Source: an uncultured Spirochaetota bacterium
Lineage (GTDB): Bacteria; Spirochaetota; Brevinematia; Brevinematales; JAOACQ01
NCBI GenBank assembly: GCA_963835575.1
Contig: CAWIGG010000002.1
Span: 288,001 to 352,000 of the forward strand
Direction of reading: 5' to 3'
DNA length: 64,000 bases
Positions 31,701 through 40,735 of the stretch are shown here, piece by piece. Each line of letters starts with the position of its first letter. Within the stretch, counting starts at the first letter, position 1. The notes below the pieces were generated by a model. It ran no database searches and was not told the origin of the DNA. It worked only from the letters and a program-made list of their open reading frames with translations. A program made the translations under genes and the position numbers.

Positions 31701-32543
31701 CATCAGGCAAAGCGTGTTAGCGGTTTTATGTTTATAAACTGATTTTCTTGTTTCAAGATAATTTTCATAAGCATTTTCCAGAACGCTTTTATAAGGGCCG
31801 TCCTCAAATTGTACACTGCCGATCTCTGTCAGGAAAGTCGTGTGCCTGCAATGGTCCGACCAGTATGTGTCGATGATCCGGACTTCCGTCAGGGTAGGGT
31901 CGCGTTTTTCCTCATTTTTAAAATGGGATTGAAGAAAAAAAAGGTCTTCCATGTCCATGGCAAGTCCCAGGCTTGAACTTAATTCCTTCAGGCCGGCTTC
32001 TTTCATGCCGATAAAGCCTTCAATTACCGGAACGTCTTCGGGTTCTGTCTGCTGCTCATTCAGCTTATCCGGTTTATCAATTTTTGCTTCTCTGGAATCG
32101 ACAGGATTAATGATATAGTCTTTTGTTTTTTTAAGACCGGCGTCAGAGATATTTCCTTTAAGAAGAAAAAGGGTCGCATATTTCACAAGCGGTTTTTCGC
32201 CCTGAGCGAGGATCTGCAATGCCTGTGCCGCGGAATCCGCCCTCTGATCGTACTGGCCGGGAAGGTATTCCCAGGCGAAAAAGCGTGAGTTTTTATCTTT
32301 TATTCCCAGGAAAGGAAGGGTTTCATCATAGATAAAATCCAGCGGCGGTTCGGCAAAAATCGTACTGCGTGCTTTAAGATATGTTTCTTCTAAAATGCCT
32401 TCAATGTCATAGCGGTGGAAAATTCGTAGATTTTTTATCCCCGGAATACGGAGTATGGACTCTAGGTCATGCAGGGTGCTTTTTGCCTCATTATCATATT
32501 CCGGCCGCTTTTCAGTATAGATCCTGTAAACACGATTGCCCAT
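28758..32543 (-). CDS. purL: Phosphoribosylformylglycinamidine synthase, large fused PurL-PurQ type
   Basis: YWSDHCRHTTF, KNETHNHPTEIEPFGGAATC, DFGAGG, IGGKDSMSG, FPGTNCE, GICNGFQ, GKMAHSER; start at 32543 (ATG) or 32564. Confidence 0.95.
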   Translation of the reverse strand: MGNRVYRIYTEKRPEYDNEAKSTLHDLESILRIPGIKNLRIFHRYDIEGILEETYLKARSTIFAEPPLDFIYDETLPFLGIKDKNSRFFAWEYLPGQYDQRADSAAQALQILAQGEKPLVKYATLFLLKGNISDAGLKKTKDYIINPVDSREAKIDKPDKLNEQQTEPEDVPVIEGFIGMKEAGLKELSSSLGLAMDMEDLFFLQSHFKNEEKRDPTLTEVRIIDTYWSDHCRHTTFLTEIGSVQFEDGPYKSVLENAYENYLETRKSVYKHKTANTLCLMDMATIAMKKLKAAGYLGDLDESDEINACSIIVPVDIEGKKEEWLVMFKNETHNHPTEIEPFGGAATCIGGAIRDPLSGRSYVYQAMRVTGSGDPRKPVKDTLPGKLPQRKITIEAAHGYSSYGNQIGLATGHVAEIYDEGYIAKRMEIGAVIGAAPRQNVRRSHPEKGDKVILVGGRTGRDGCGGATGSSKSHTEESIAKAGAEVQKGNAPEERKIQRLFRDPDTARLIKKCNDFGAGGVSVAIGELADGLIINLDAIPKKYDGLDGTELAISESQERMAVLLDALDASSFIESAAEENLEATVVAEVTDEKRVKMNWRGKTIVDIDRDFLNSNGAKKHTHIKTLSPTEHHSPFINIKSELMKKPILEAWKFNLSQPNAASQKGLVERFDGSIGAGSVTMPFGGRTQLTPAQSMAAKIPVPGFETSTGTVMSWGFDPEISRWSPYHGAIYSVIDSVSKAAAAGIDYRNIRLSMQEYFEKPYKIPERWGKPFTALLGAFTAQMELRIPAIGGKDSMSGSFNSLDVPPTLVSFAVAPADVSLIITPEFKKPGSPVYFLPLKTDGSFIPDWEYFHKLYSGLFELIKAGKISSIHTVRGSGIAEAISKMSFGNLIGFEFKTPVKREMLFGPGYGSFVIELKGNASEADLKGLDYKFLGNTIPEPEIRIENTAFSLSLIIKEWLAPFSEIFPHKTEDSKKALENYSFKTPGSLKRSKPAVKPLVLIPVFPGTNCEYDSARAFEKAGAQTNIFIFRNRNPSDIEISIREMAQAIQKAQIIMLPGGFSAGDEPEGSGKFIANVFRSGRIKDAVMELLKNRDGLMLGICNGFQALIKLGLVPYGEIRDLDENSPTLTYNTIGRHMSTMVRTKVVSRLSPWFYNSIIGEIHTLPVSHGEGRFIANDEVLEGLKKNGRIATQYVDDDGKPSPDMPYNPNGSIFAIEGITSPDGRVLGKMAHSERTGFHVAVNIPGNKFQRIFDAGVEYYK

Positions 32544-32584
32544 AGAATTATTCTTTCCCCTCAATTTATTGAAATATAATTATA

Positions 32585-34160
32585 CCTAAATTCCCAAAGT
32601 AAAAGTACCAAATGGGGCCCCAATCTGTTATAATATATTGCGATACAAAACAACAGAAGGAGCACCCAAATGGTGAAAAATATCAAAGTTGGTTTTACGG
32701 CGCAGGATTTGAGCAGCGTGAGCGGGATTTATCCCGTGCTGGTATTTTTGAAAAAGATTGGGTTCAATCAGTTGCTCAAAAAATTTATTCCAGCGCGGGA
32801 ATATTGTAACCAGAAATTCTCGTTCGAGCAAATTATTACGGGAATCGTGTGCGCGCTGATGGCAGGGTATAACCGGATCAAGAAGGTCGAGAATTTTACT
32901 GAAGATCCATTGTTCCGGGCAGCTCTGGGCTTGAAAGGGCCGATCAGTGATTCTACGATCATCAAGCGGATTGAAAACGTTGGTATGAAAGAATCTTACG
33001 CGATGAATGAGTTGAACGGAAAGCTTTCCCGCAAAGTCCACGCGAAGTTCCGGGTAAAAACGAAAATCGTGGACTGCGATTCGACCGTCAAGACGGTTTA
33101 CGGAAGCCAGGAAGGAGCGGCGGCAGGCTACAATCCGCATAAAAAGGGAGCGAAGAGCTATCATCCGCTTCTGGCATTCCTGAACAGCACAAGGGAATGT
33201 ATTCTCTCCTATTTCAGGCCGGGCGACGCTTACACAGCGAATAACGCGCCTGAATTTATCCGGCACATTTACGGAATACTCCATACCGGCTGGAAAAAAC
33301 TTGTGTTCCGGATGGACAGCGGATTTTTCGACGGAAGGATTTTCGATGTCATCGAAGAAATGAAAGGGGCTTTTTTTCTGGTCAAAGCCAAAATGAAAAA
33401 CCTCGCGGCGTTTCTGGAAAACAGGGGTTGGACAGCGGTTCCGGATCGAAGCGGCTGGGAACAGGCGGAATTTGAGTACCGGGCGCATGGATGGAAACAT
33501 GCGAGGCGGTTCATAGCTGTCAGAAAGCTGATCCGGATAGAAACGGAAGGGCTGGTATTCCCGAAAGCGGTTTATGACTATTTTTGCTATTGTACGAATA
33601 TGCGTTTGAAACCTTGGCAGGGCCATAAATTTTACGGTGACCGGGGTACGTGTGAAAACTGGATCGAAGCCGTGAAGCAGCAGATGTTCGCCGGGATGCT
33701 TCTGACGCAAGATTTCTGGGTGAATGATTTTCTGTGGAGCTGCAGCGTGCTGGCGTATAACGTTGGAATCTGGATGCGGTATCTGGTTGACCGGAAAAGT
33801 CACCGGGAAGAACCGGAAACATTCCGGGCGTGGTTTATTCGGGTTGCGGGGAAAATCGTGAGACAGGGCCATCAGGTAAAACTGGTGTTGAGCCGTTATT
33901 TTGCGGATAAGGACCGGTGGCGGAAATTTTACTGCCACTTATGTGAGCTGCAGATATAGCGAGTTCCCAACCGGATGATGTGAAGGCCGCCACAAGGGTG
34001 TGTTGCGCCCGGAGCAGCGGAATTTGTGGATTTACGAGTATTCAGGCATCGCCAAGGCTTGTAATTGCAGCAGCCGCGAGACTGGGATGATAAACCGATG
34101 CCAAGCAGTGCCGCGCAAGGCTGATTTCAAGCGGAAATCGCGGAACTCTGGGAATTTAGG
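32585..34160 (+). mobile_element. Complete IS1380-family insertion sequence, 1576 bp
   Basis: IRL CCTAAATTCCCAAAGT; IRR reverse complement CCTAAATTCCCAGAGT (15/16); 5-bp TSD TTATA at 32580-32584 and 34161-34165. Confidence 0.93.
32670..33959 (+). CDS. IS1380-family DDE transposase
   Basis: DCDSTV..VYGSQEGA..GYNP.KKG..SYHPLLAF, RPGD, RMDSGFF, Y..RGTCENWI. Confidence 0.92.
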   Translation: MVKNIKVGFTAQDLSSVSGIYPVLVFLKKIGFNQLLKKFIPAREYCNQKFSFEQIITGIVCALMAGYNRIKKVENFTEDPLFRAALGLKGPISDSTIIKRIENVGMKESYAMNELNGKLSRKVHAKFRVKTKIVDCDSTVKTVYGSQEGAAAGYNPHKKGAKSYHPLLAFLNSTRECILSYFRPGDAYTANNAPEFIRHIYGILHTGWKKLVFRMDSGFFDGRIFDVIEEMKGAFFLVKAKMKNLAAFLENRGWTAVPDRSGWEQAEFEYRAHGWKHARRFIAVRKLIRIETEGLVFPKAVYDYFCYCTNMRLKPWQGHKFYGDRGTCENWIEAVKQQMFAGMLLTQDFWVNDFLWSCSVLAYNVGIWMRYLVDRKSHREEPETFRAWFIRVAGKIVRQGHQVKLVLSRYFADKDRWRKFYCHLCELQI

Positions 34161-34242
34161 TTATACAATAATTTGAAAATTTACAAAAATAAAAACACTA
34201 TAGATATAAGAAGCATTTTCAAGAGAAGAGGGAATTTCTTTT

Positions 34243-34890
34243 TTATTGATTCTTGGAGATCTGATAAGCCAATTCATGGGCAAGAATTTTTGCGGAGTCT
34301 TCAAGGCCTTTTTTTACAAAAATTTTCGGATCAATTTTCTCGCCTTTTTTAAGTGTTCCCAGCGATGAAAACTCATTTTCAAACGGGATGCTGGTTTTTG
34401 CGGCGGCTAATATTTCCCCGGTTTCTATAGATATAAGCCGGGCATCAAGATTAATTTCAAAAGTTTCTTTTTCGGTTATTGCCATACCGGCCTCTTTTTT
34501 TTCGACGCGGTAAATAACTGAAGACAAATTTACGAAAACTATTGCGTCAACACCCGGCAGTTTGCCTATTTCCTTTGTTTTATCAGGATCTAAAAGACCT
34601 GTCATACCCAGCTTATGCTCATCAAGTATAGATTTTAAACGTTCTCTTTCCACTATTCTGAAACATTCTGTTGAGAACAATTCAGAAATAAAATTGCCTG
34701 TCAAACCGTCCATTAAGGGGTCATACGAAGCATTGCCGGATTGATTTTGGAAATCACCTGCCGCAATAAGAAGTCTTTTTGCGGCCGGAACGGGTTTTAC
34801 TGTTTTTAATTCCGGTCTTGCTGAACCGGAGCAGCTTGTCAATATCAGAGTTGATAATACCGCTATAATGACCAGATTTAACCGCATCAT
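34243..34890 (-). CDS. CsgG/HfaB-family lipoprotein
   Basis: LTSC lipobox; FRIVERERLKSILDEHKL..TG, IGKL.GVDAIV, ARLISIETGEI. Confidence 0.78.
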   Translation of the reverse strand: MMRLNLVIIAVLSTLILTSCSGSARPELKTVKPVPAAKRLLIAAGDFQNQSGNASYDPLMDGLTGNFISELFSTECFRIVERERLKSILDEHKLGMTGLLDPDKTKEIGKLPGVDAIVFVNLSSVIYRVEKKEAGMAITEKETFEINLDARLISIETGEILAAAKTSIPFENEFSSLGTLKKGEKIDPKIFVKKGLEDSAKILAHELAYQISKNQ

Positions 34891-35017
34891 AGCATTCCCC
34901 CTTTGAATCAATTTGTTTACCTATTGTTTTTAATTATATTAGAAAGAATACATGAATTTTGCAGGAATTTGCAAAAAAATTCAATTTTCCCTAATATTTT
35001 AATGGAAGGTTCTAATA

Positions 35018-37648
35018 ATGAAAAGAAATTCCAGACCCACTATCGGCTTAATTGTCGGTTATCTTCTTGAAAGTTACGAGGAACAGATCTGGAGAAGCAT
35101 TGTCCAGACTGCCGCTAAAGAGGATGTAAATCTCATATGCTTTGACGGCGGCGCGCTGAATGATCCATTTTTGTATTATAAATATAAGAACTCTGTCTAT
35201 GATTTGATCAACCCGAAGCTTCTGGACGGCATCATCATTCTTTCATCATCGGTTGGCTGTTATGTTGCTGAGGAAGAGATTAAAAAATTCATTCAAGCAT
35301 TCAATTCAGTCCCTATAGTTTCCATCGGCAGAAATTTCAAAGGCTGTCCTTCAATTCTAATTGATAACGAAGCGGGTATCAGAGAAATGATGACGCATTT
35401 GATTGAAACACATCATTACAGGCGCATAGCTTTTATAAGAGGTCTGGAAAAGAATACCGACGCGGAGGCCCGCTTAAAAGCTTATAAGGAATCTCTGGCC
35501 AAATATTCCCTGGAAATTGACCAGGATCTGATAATTCCCGGCGATTTTGACAGGCATTCAGGTACAACAGCTGTAAAAGTTATGCTTGATGAAAGAAAAA
35601 TCAAAGCTGACGCCGTTCTTGCCGCAAATGATTATATGGCGATTTATGCCATGAGAGAACTGCAGAGACGCGGTATCAGAGTGCCTGAAGACATAGCGGT
35701 TGCCGGTTTTGATAATATCCGCGATGATATTGGAGTGTCTCCAGCAATTACATCCATAGCCCAGCCGCTTGAAAATATAGGGCAAAAAGCCATGGAATAT
35801 ATTATATCTCTTATTCATAAGAAAGAAGTGCCGGAATCAACCTGCCTTCCCACGAGGCTTGTCGTTCGGCATTCCTGCGGCTGTTTAACGGCGCTGACCC
35901 CGCAATTATATCATGTCATGTTAAAACCGCGGGAATTGGATATAAAAGATTCCGGAAAAATATATTCTTCGAATCTGATGATAGATCAGATACTCAATGA
36001 ATATTTTCCTGATATTGCGGAAAAAACAGGGAATGAAAAATGGAGCCGGATCCTTTTTGAAGCGCTTGAAAATGGCGGGATAATACGCCAGGCCAATGAA
36101 TTCCTGAATATTCTGGCGCCTTTAATAATACAATCCAGTGAAAACGGCATAATGGCCACCTACTGGTTCAGGGTCATCAATCTTTTATTTGAAAAAAAAA
36201 TAGAAATCATAAACAAAGAAGAGGAACGCAATAAATTGAATGAAATCTGGAAAGCATCGCTTGAAATTATCGGCGTTATCGCTGAAGAGGTCCAGGTATC
36301 CCAGATCCAGAAAAATAAAGAACAGTTCATTGTGCTGAATCGGGTAAACCAGGGCCTGATCTTTTCATTTAATGAAATTCAGATCAAAAACAGTATTTCA
36401 GAAGAACTTCCGGGGCTTGATATAAATAGTTTTTCTGTTTTCTTTTATGAAAAAGACTCAATAAACCATCAATACTCCCGTCTCTTTTCCTCTTATGACA
36501 ACAGCGGCCGAATTATTATTGAGAATAAAGAAAAGCCATTTCTTTCAAAAAATCTTGTGCCCGGGTCTATCCGGAATGACAGGGGCCGGTTTTCATATCT
36601 GGTACTGCCCCTGCATTTCAAGGATGAGGAAATCGGCTATGCCCTTTGTGAAATAGGTATTGTGGACGGGGCTATTTATGAAAACCTGATATCGCAGATC
36701 GGCAGCGCCATTAAAGGCACAAGGCTTGTGGATGAAGTGCGCCATTACGCGGTGGATCTGGAAATACAGGTTGAACAGAGGACCAGACAGCTCAAAGAGG
36801 TCCAGGAACAGCTGATAGAAAGCGCTCATCAGGCCGGAATGGCGGAAATTGCCATCGGTGTGATGCATAATGTGGGAAATTTATTGAATTCAATCAGTGT
36901 TTCGTCTGAGGAGATCAATAAAATTATTAATAATTCCAAATTGGAAGGCTTTATCATGGCGAATGATTTACTCAAGATAAATAAGGAAAAAATCGGGGAC
37001 TATATTCAGAATGATCCGAAAGGGAAGATGCTGCCGGATTATTACCATAAAATCGGAGACAGCATGAAGACTGAACATGCGGATATAAAAAAAGAATTAA
37101 GCGAATTGTTGCAGAAGATCGAGCTGATAAAAGAAATCATCCAGACTCTGCAGGATTATTCATACAGCAGCAGGGTCTTAATGCAGGAAGAAAGCGACGC
37201 TGCGGCTCTTATTGATATTGCTCTCAAGATCCAGGAACCCAACATGATCAAAAACAGCGTTTATGTAGTAAAAAAATACCCGAGGAATGAAAAGATTATA
37301 ACACAGAAAACGAAGTTCATTCATATTCTTGTGAATGTGATAAAAAATGCCGTTGAAGCCATGAAAAAATCAACGGATGACCGCATCATAACTATCAACA
37401 TGCTCAGGGATGAAAAAAAGAATCTGGTTATAAAAATATCCGATACTGGCGAAGGAATTGAAAAAAGCAGTTTGACAAAAATATTTTCTTACGGTTTTAC
37501 GACCAAGAAAGAAGGACATGGCTTCGGACTTCACACCTGCGCCAATTATATGACCGAGCTCGGCGGCACAATTCAGGCCGAAAGCGGCGGGCCGGGCAAA
37601 GGCGCCGCATTTACAATGACTTTTCCCCCTTCACATAATAAACCCTGA
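35018..37648 (+). CDS. Sensor histidine kinase with N-terminal LacI-type sugar-binding domain (no HTH)
   Basis: IDNEAG, RIAFIRG, ANDYMA, VPEDIAVAGFD, RHSCGC; HNVGNLLN H-box, NVIKNA, DTGEGI, FTTKKEGHGFGL. Confidence 0.88.
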   Translation: MKRNSRPTIGLIVGYLLESYEEQIWRSIVQTAAKEDVNLICFDGGALNDPFLYYKYKNSVYDLINPKLLDGIIILSSSVGCYVAEEEIKKFIQAFNSVPIVSIGRNFKGCPSILIDNEAGIREMMTHLIETHHYRRIAFIRGLEKNTDAEARLKAYKESLAKYSLEIDQDLIIPGDFDRHSGTTAVKVMLDERKIKADAVLAANDYMAIYAMRELQRRGIRVPEDIAVAGFDNIRDDIGVSPAITSIAQPLENIGQKAMEYIISLIHKKEVPESTCLPTRLVVRHSCGCLTALTPQLYHVMLKPRELDIKDSGKIYSSNLMIDQILNEYFPDIAEKTGNEKWSRILFEALENGGIIRQANEFLNILAPLIIQSSENGIMATYWFRVINLLFEKKIEIINKEEERNKLNEIWKASLEIIGVIAEEVQVSQIQKNKEQFIVLNRVNQGLIFSFNEIQIKNSISEELPGLDINSFSVFFYEKDSINHQYSRLFSSYDNSGRIIIENKEKPFLSKNLVPGSIRNDRGRFSYLVLPLHFKDEEIGYALCEIGIVDGAIYENLISQIGSAIKGTRLVDEVRHYAVDLEIQVEQRTRQLKEVQEQLIESAHQAGMAEIAIGVMHNVGNLLNSISVSSEEINKIINNSKLEGFIMANDLLKINKEKIGDYIQNDPKGKMLPDYYHKIGDSMKTEHADIKKELSELLQKIELIKEIIQTLQDYSYSSRVLMQEESDAAALIDIALKIQEPNMIKNSVYVVKKYPRNEKIITQKTKFIHILVNVIKNAVEAMKKSTDDRIITINMLRDEKKNLVIKISDTGEGIEKSSLTKIFSYGFTTKKEGHGFGLHTCANYMTELGGTIQAESGGPGKGAAFTMTFPPSHNKP

Positions 37649-37728
37649 TATATCTTAAGAGCGTAATTCAAACGCCGGCATAAAATATAACATATTTGTT
37701 AAATTTAATCAGTTAAACTTTTACTAAA

Positions 37729-37759
37729 AAAAAACGGGCGCCCCCGGCGCCCGTTTTTT
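37729..37759. terminator. Intrinsic terminator
   Basis: AAAAAACGGGCGCC-ccc-GGCGCCCGTTTTTT. Confidence 0.8.
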
Positions 37760-37886
37760 CATACTTTTTTTTGATTAATATGTTCCATGCTAGTACAATA
37801 CTACCGGATAAAAATGAATTTATCTGTTTTTTCAGGCAAAGGTACATGGTAGTGATTCCCGGAATAAAATTTATCAGGCGGTATTT

Positions 37887-38663
37887 ATGTTTTTAAAATA
37901 CGGCTTTTTCATATTATTCGCTTATTTTATTACTTGTTTTAATCCATCATTTGCTCTCACATCAGAGGATTTTTTGAATTCAGATATGGCCAAAAAAAGA
38001 AATAGCAGGGAAGGAAATCAGGAATTGATCCTTTTTCTCAGCAATGAGATCGCTCAGAATTCGAATTCCTATGATCTGTGCTGGGAATACGCGGCGCTCT
38101 GGTACAGCCAGGGCGACCTTTATGAAACAAAAAATGAAATAAAAAAGGAATGCTTCCGTCTCACAAAAGATTATGCCTTGAAAGCTGTGGCGCTCAATCC
38201 GTCCGGCCCGGACGGGCATTACTGGCTGGGTGTGGGATACGGCCTCTGGGCGGAGGCAAACGGCATACTGGACAGCCTTTTTTATGCCGACGATATTTTA
38301 AATGAAATGACAAAAGTGATTGAAATAGAAACGAATTATTTCCGCGGATCGGCCTGGGCTGTCCGCGCCAAGGTATATAATTTTGCTCCCGGATGGCCTC
38401 TTTCAATCGGCGATAAGGGAAAGTCATATCAGGACATTAAAACCGCGATCAGCATGGGAGGTGATTTCCGGTTTATTTTGGTGATTTATATAGAGATGCT
38501 GATGAATGACGGCAGATTAGAGGAAGCCGCGGCAGAGGCTGCAAAAGCGCTGGAGCTTCCCTATGACATGAGAATACCCCGCGAGGAAGACAAAAATATT
38601 GCTCTGACCAAGAAATACCTGGAAACAATCAAGAGATATATAAAGAACCGGGATACCCGCTGA
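37887..38663 (+). CDS. Secreted TPR-like protein (TatT/RMDN-like)
   Basis: Signal peptide; KAVALNP..PDGHYWLG..YG, APGWPLSIGD. Confidence 0.6.
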   Translation: MFLKYGFFILFAYFITCFNPSFALTSEDFLNSDMAKKRNSREGNQELILFLSNEIAQNSNSYDLCWEYAALWYSQGDLYETKNEIKKECFRLTKDYALKAVALNPSGPDGHYWLGVGYGLWAEANGILDSLFYADDILNEMTKVIEIETNYFRGSAWAVRAKVYNFAPGWPLSIGDKGKSYQDIKTAISMGGDFRFILVIYIEMLMNDGRLEEAAAEAAKALELPYDMRIPREEDKNIALTKKYLETIKRYIKNRDTR

Positions 38664-38664
38664 A

Positions 38665-40017
38665 CTAATTTTCCCGAACAAGGTTATGTATCCATTTTTT
38701 TGAAAAGAACCTCGGGTAGCCGATTGAAAGTTTAAAAATTTCCTCCAGTCCCGCGAATAATACAACAAAAGTAACGGGCAGATGGAAGACAAATGCCGAA
38801 ATGAAAGCCGCGGGAATTCCGAAGACCCATGGCCCGATCGTATCCAGTATCATTCCCATTCTTGTGTCCCCGCCGGCGCGGAAAATACCCATAATAAGAA
38901 GGACATTGGATACTTTTGTCCAGAGCAGAATGCTGATAACTATGATCAGTCCCCTGGAATCTTCAAGGCCCGTATAAGGAAGATGATAAAAGGATAGGAC
39001 CGGCTCGCTGATCAAAACAAAAATAATGCCCATTATGACAGCTCCGCACATGCCTATTTTAATAAAACGCTTCCCATAATGATAGGCGGTTTCCTCATTA
39101 TTCGAGCCGATTCCATTGCCGATCATGATTCCGGCCGCATGAGCGATGCCGACAAAGAATATAAAGCCTATTCTTTCTATTGAAGAGACAATATTCACGG
39201 CCGCTATGGATTCCGTACTGATATGAGCATAGATAATCTGATAGACTGTAACGCCGGCGGCCCAGACAAAAGTTTGAATTAGAACAGGTATGCTGATCGA
39301 GAGGATATTTCTTAAAAATGCTCCGCTGAAAGAGAACATTTCTCTCAGGCTTGCGGCGGGCGCGTACTTTTTGATATATGTTATTGTCAGCACCGTTAAT
39401 AACTCTATGACTCTTGCTATAACTGTAGCTATGGCCGCTCCAGCCACACCGAGCGCGGGAAATCCGAATTTTCCAAAGATCAATACATAATTGAGAAGGA
39501 TATTAATGAGTACTCCTAACAGGCTTGCTATCATCGGCAGTTTGACCTGGCCGATGCTCCTGAGAATAAAGCAATAAGCGAATGTTATGCCGGTAAAGAG
39601 ATAACTGAACCCTGCGATTCTCAGATAGCGGCTTCCAATCAGTATGACTTGCGGATCATTAGAATAAATTGAAAGTATTTTTTCAGGCAGGAAAAGCGCA
39701 AGAAAAGTAAATCCTAAACTGATAATAATTGTTAAGCCCAGGCATATTCCAAGCACTTTACGGATGTTAATAATATCGCGCTTTCCCCAGTATTGAGCTG
39801 TAAATACGGCTGCTCCGTTGGCAATACCGCAAACCGACATAAAGAAGAGAAAGTAAATCTGATTAGAAAGGCCCAGCGCGGCTATTGAAGTTTCTCCCAG
39901 CTGGCCTATCATCAGAACATCTGCGAAATTGAGGGTTGACATCAAAAAATCCTGCACAATGATGGGTATTGACAATCCAATAAGGGTTTTGTAAAAAGCC
40001 CCGTTATAAGCCGGCAT
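38665..40017 (-). CDS. MATE family efflux transporter
   Basis: ADVLMIGQLG, AQYWG, NILLNYVLIFG.FGFPALGVAGAAIATVIAR, RAGGDT. Confidence 0.92.
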   Translation of the reverse strand: MPAYNGAFYKTLIGLSIPIIVQDFLMSTLNFADVLMIGQLGETSIAALGLSNQIYFLFFMSVCGIANGAAVFTAQYWGKRDIINIRKVLGICLGLTIIISLGFTFLALFLPEKILSIYSNDPQVILIGSRYLRIAGFSYLFTGITFAYCFILRSIGQVKLPMIASLLGVLINILLNYVLIFGKFGFPALGVAGAAIATVIARVIELLTVLTITYIKKYAPAASLREMFSFSGAFLRNILSISIPVLIQTFVWAAGVTVYQIIYAHISTESIAAVNIVSSIERIGFIFFVGIAHAAGIMIGNGIGSNNEETAYHYGKRFIKIGMCGAVIMGIIFVLISEPVLSFYHLPYTGLEDSRGLIIVISILLWTKVSNVLLIMGIFRAGGDTRMGMILDTIGPWVFGIPAAFISAFVFHLPVTFVVLFAGLEEIFKLSIGYPRFFSKKWIHNLVREN

Positions 40018-40265
40018 AAACCCCTCTTCCCCCGATTTTTAAATAATAGATGTAAAGCAGCCCTTTGTTATTGATATAATTACTTCAATATTTATAAAGC
40101 ATAATTATTATAAAATAATACAACTTTAAAGTTTATAGACTCTTAGTATGTATTTATCAGTACTATGAGTATGCTTTTTATCCTACTTGGGGAAGGATAA
40201 ACCATTTTTAATTTTTATCTGATTTATTAATAAATTTAAGAAAAAAGTATATTTATAATAAATAT

Positions 40266-40299
40266 AAAAAAGCCAGGTTAGCTGTTATACTAACCTGGC
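40266..40299 (-). terminator. Intrinsic terminator of the cellulase-like remnant
   Basis: GCCAGGTTAG/CTAACCTGGC stem with a T-run on the minus strand. Confidence 0.7.
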
Positions 40300-40331
40300 A
40301 ATAGAATTAATTTTAAAAAATTAATTAGCTT

Positions 40332-40593
40332 TTAATAGAGAGTGCAAGCCGTTCCATTCAAAGTGAACGATGTCGGCTTGGCATTTAATCCGCTGCAAAG
40401 CTGGCGGTTGACAATTTTCAGCTTTCCATAAGTTGAAACAGCTGATTTTGTAGGGTAGGTATCAATTAATACCTATGGGTGATACGGAATTCGCAGTCTG
40501 TTCCTGCTGCAATGAACAGGTGAATAATAACGCGAACAGACCGCTTAAAGCAACCATTTTGATAAGTAAAGATGTGAACTTACCTCTTTTCAT
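40332..40593 (-). pseudogene. Internally deleted, frameshifted remnant of a lipoprotein cellulase (GH5-like start, CBM2-like end)
   Basis: Manual translation: MKRGKFTSLLIKMVALSGLFALLFTCS...(+1 shift) AVSTYGKLKIVNRQLCSGLNAKPTSFTLNGTACTLY*. Confidence 0.62.
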
Positions 40594-40735
40594 GGAAACC
40601 TACTATAAATATTCAATTTTGATTTGCCTTTTTCAAGCGATTTATTATAGAGAGGTTTATAAGTGGAGTTTACAGACATGCGGTATGGATTTAGCCGTAC
40701 CAAAGGGGATATTTTTATCCTACCATGGGTGGGAA

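Noticed and set aside
32628..33938. 436-aa antisense ORF spanning the IS1380 transposase
   Set aside because: It is in codon register with the transposase, so it only reflects the absence of TTA/CTA/TCA codons in that gene; no recognisable motifs
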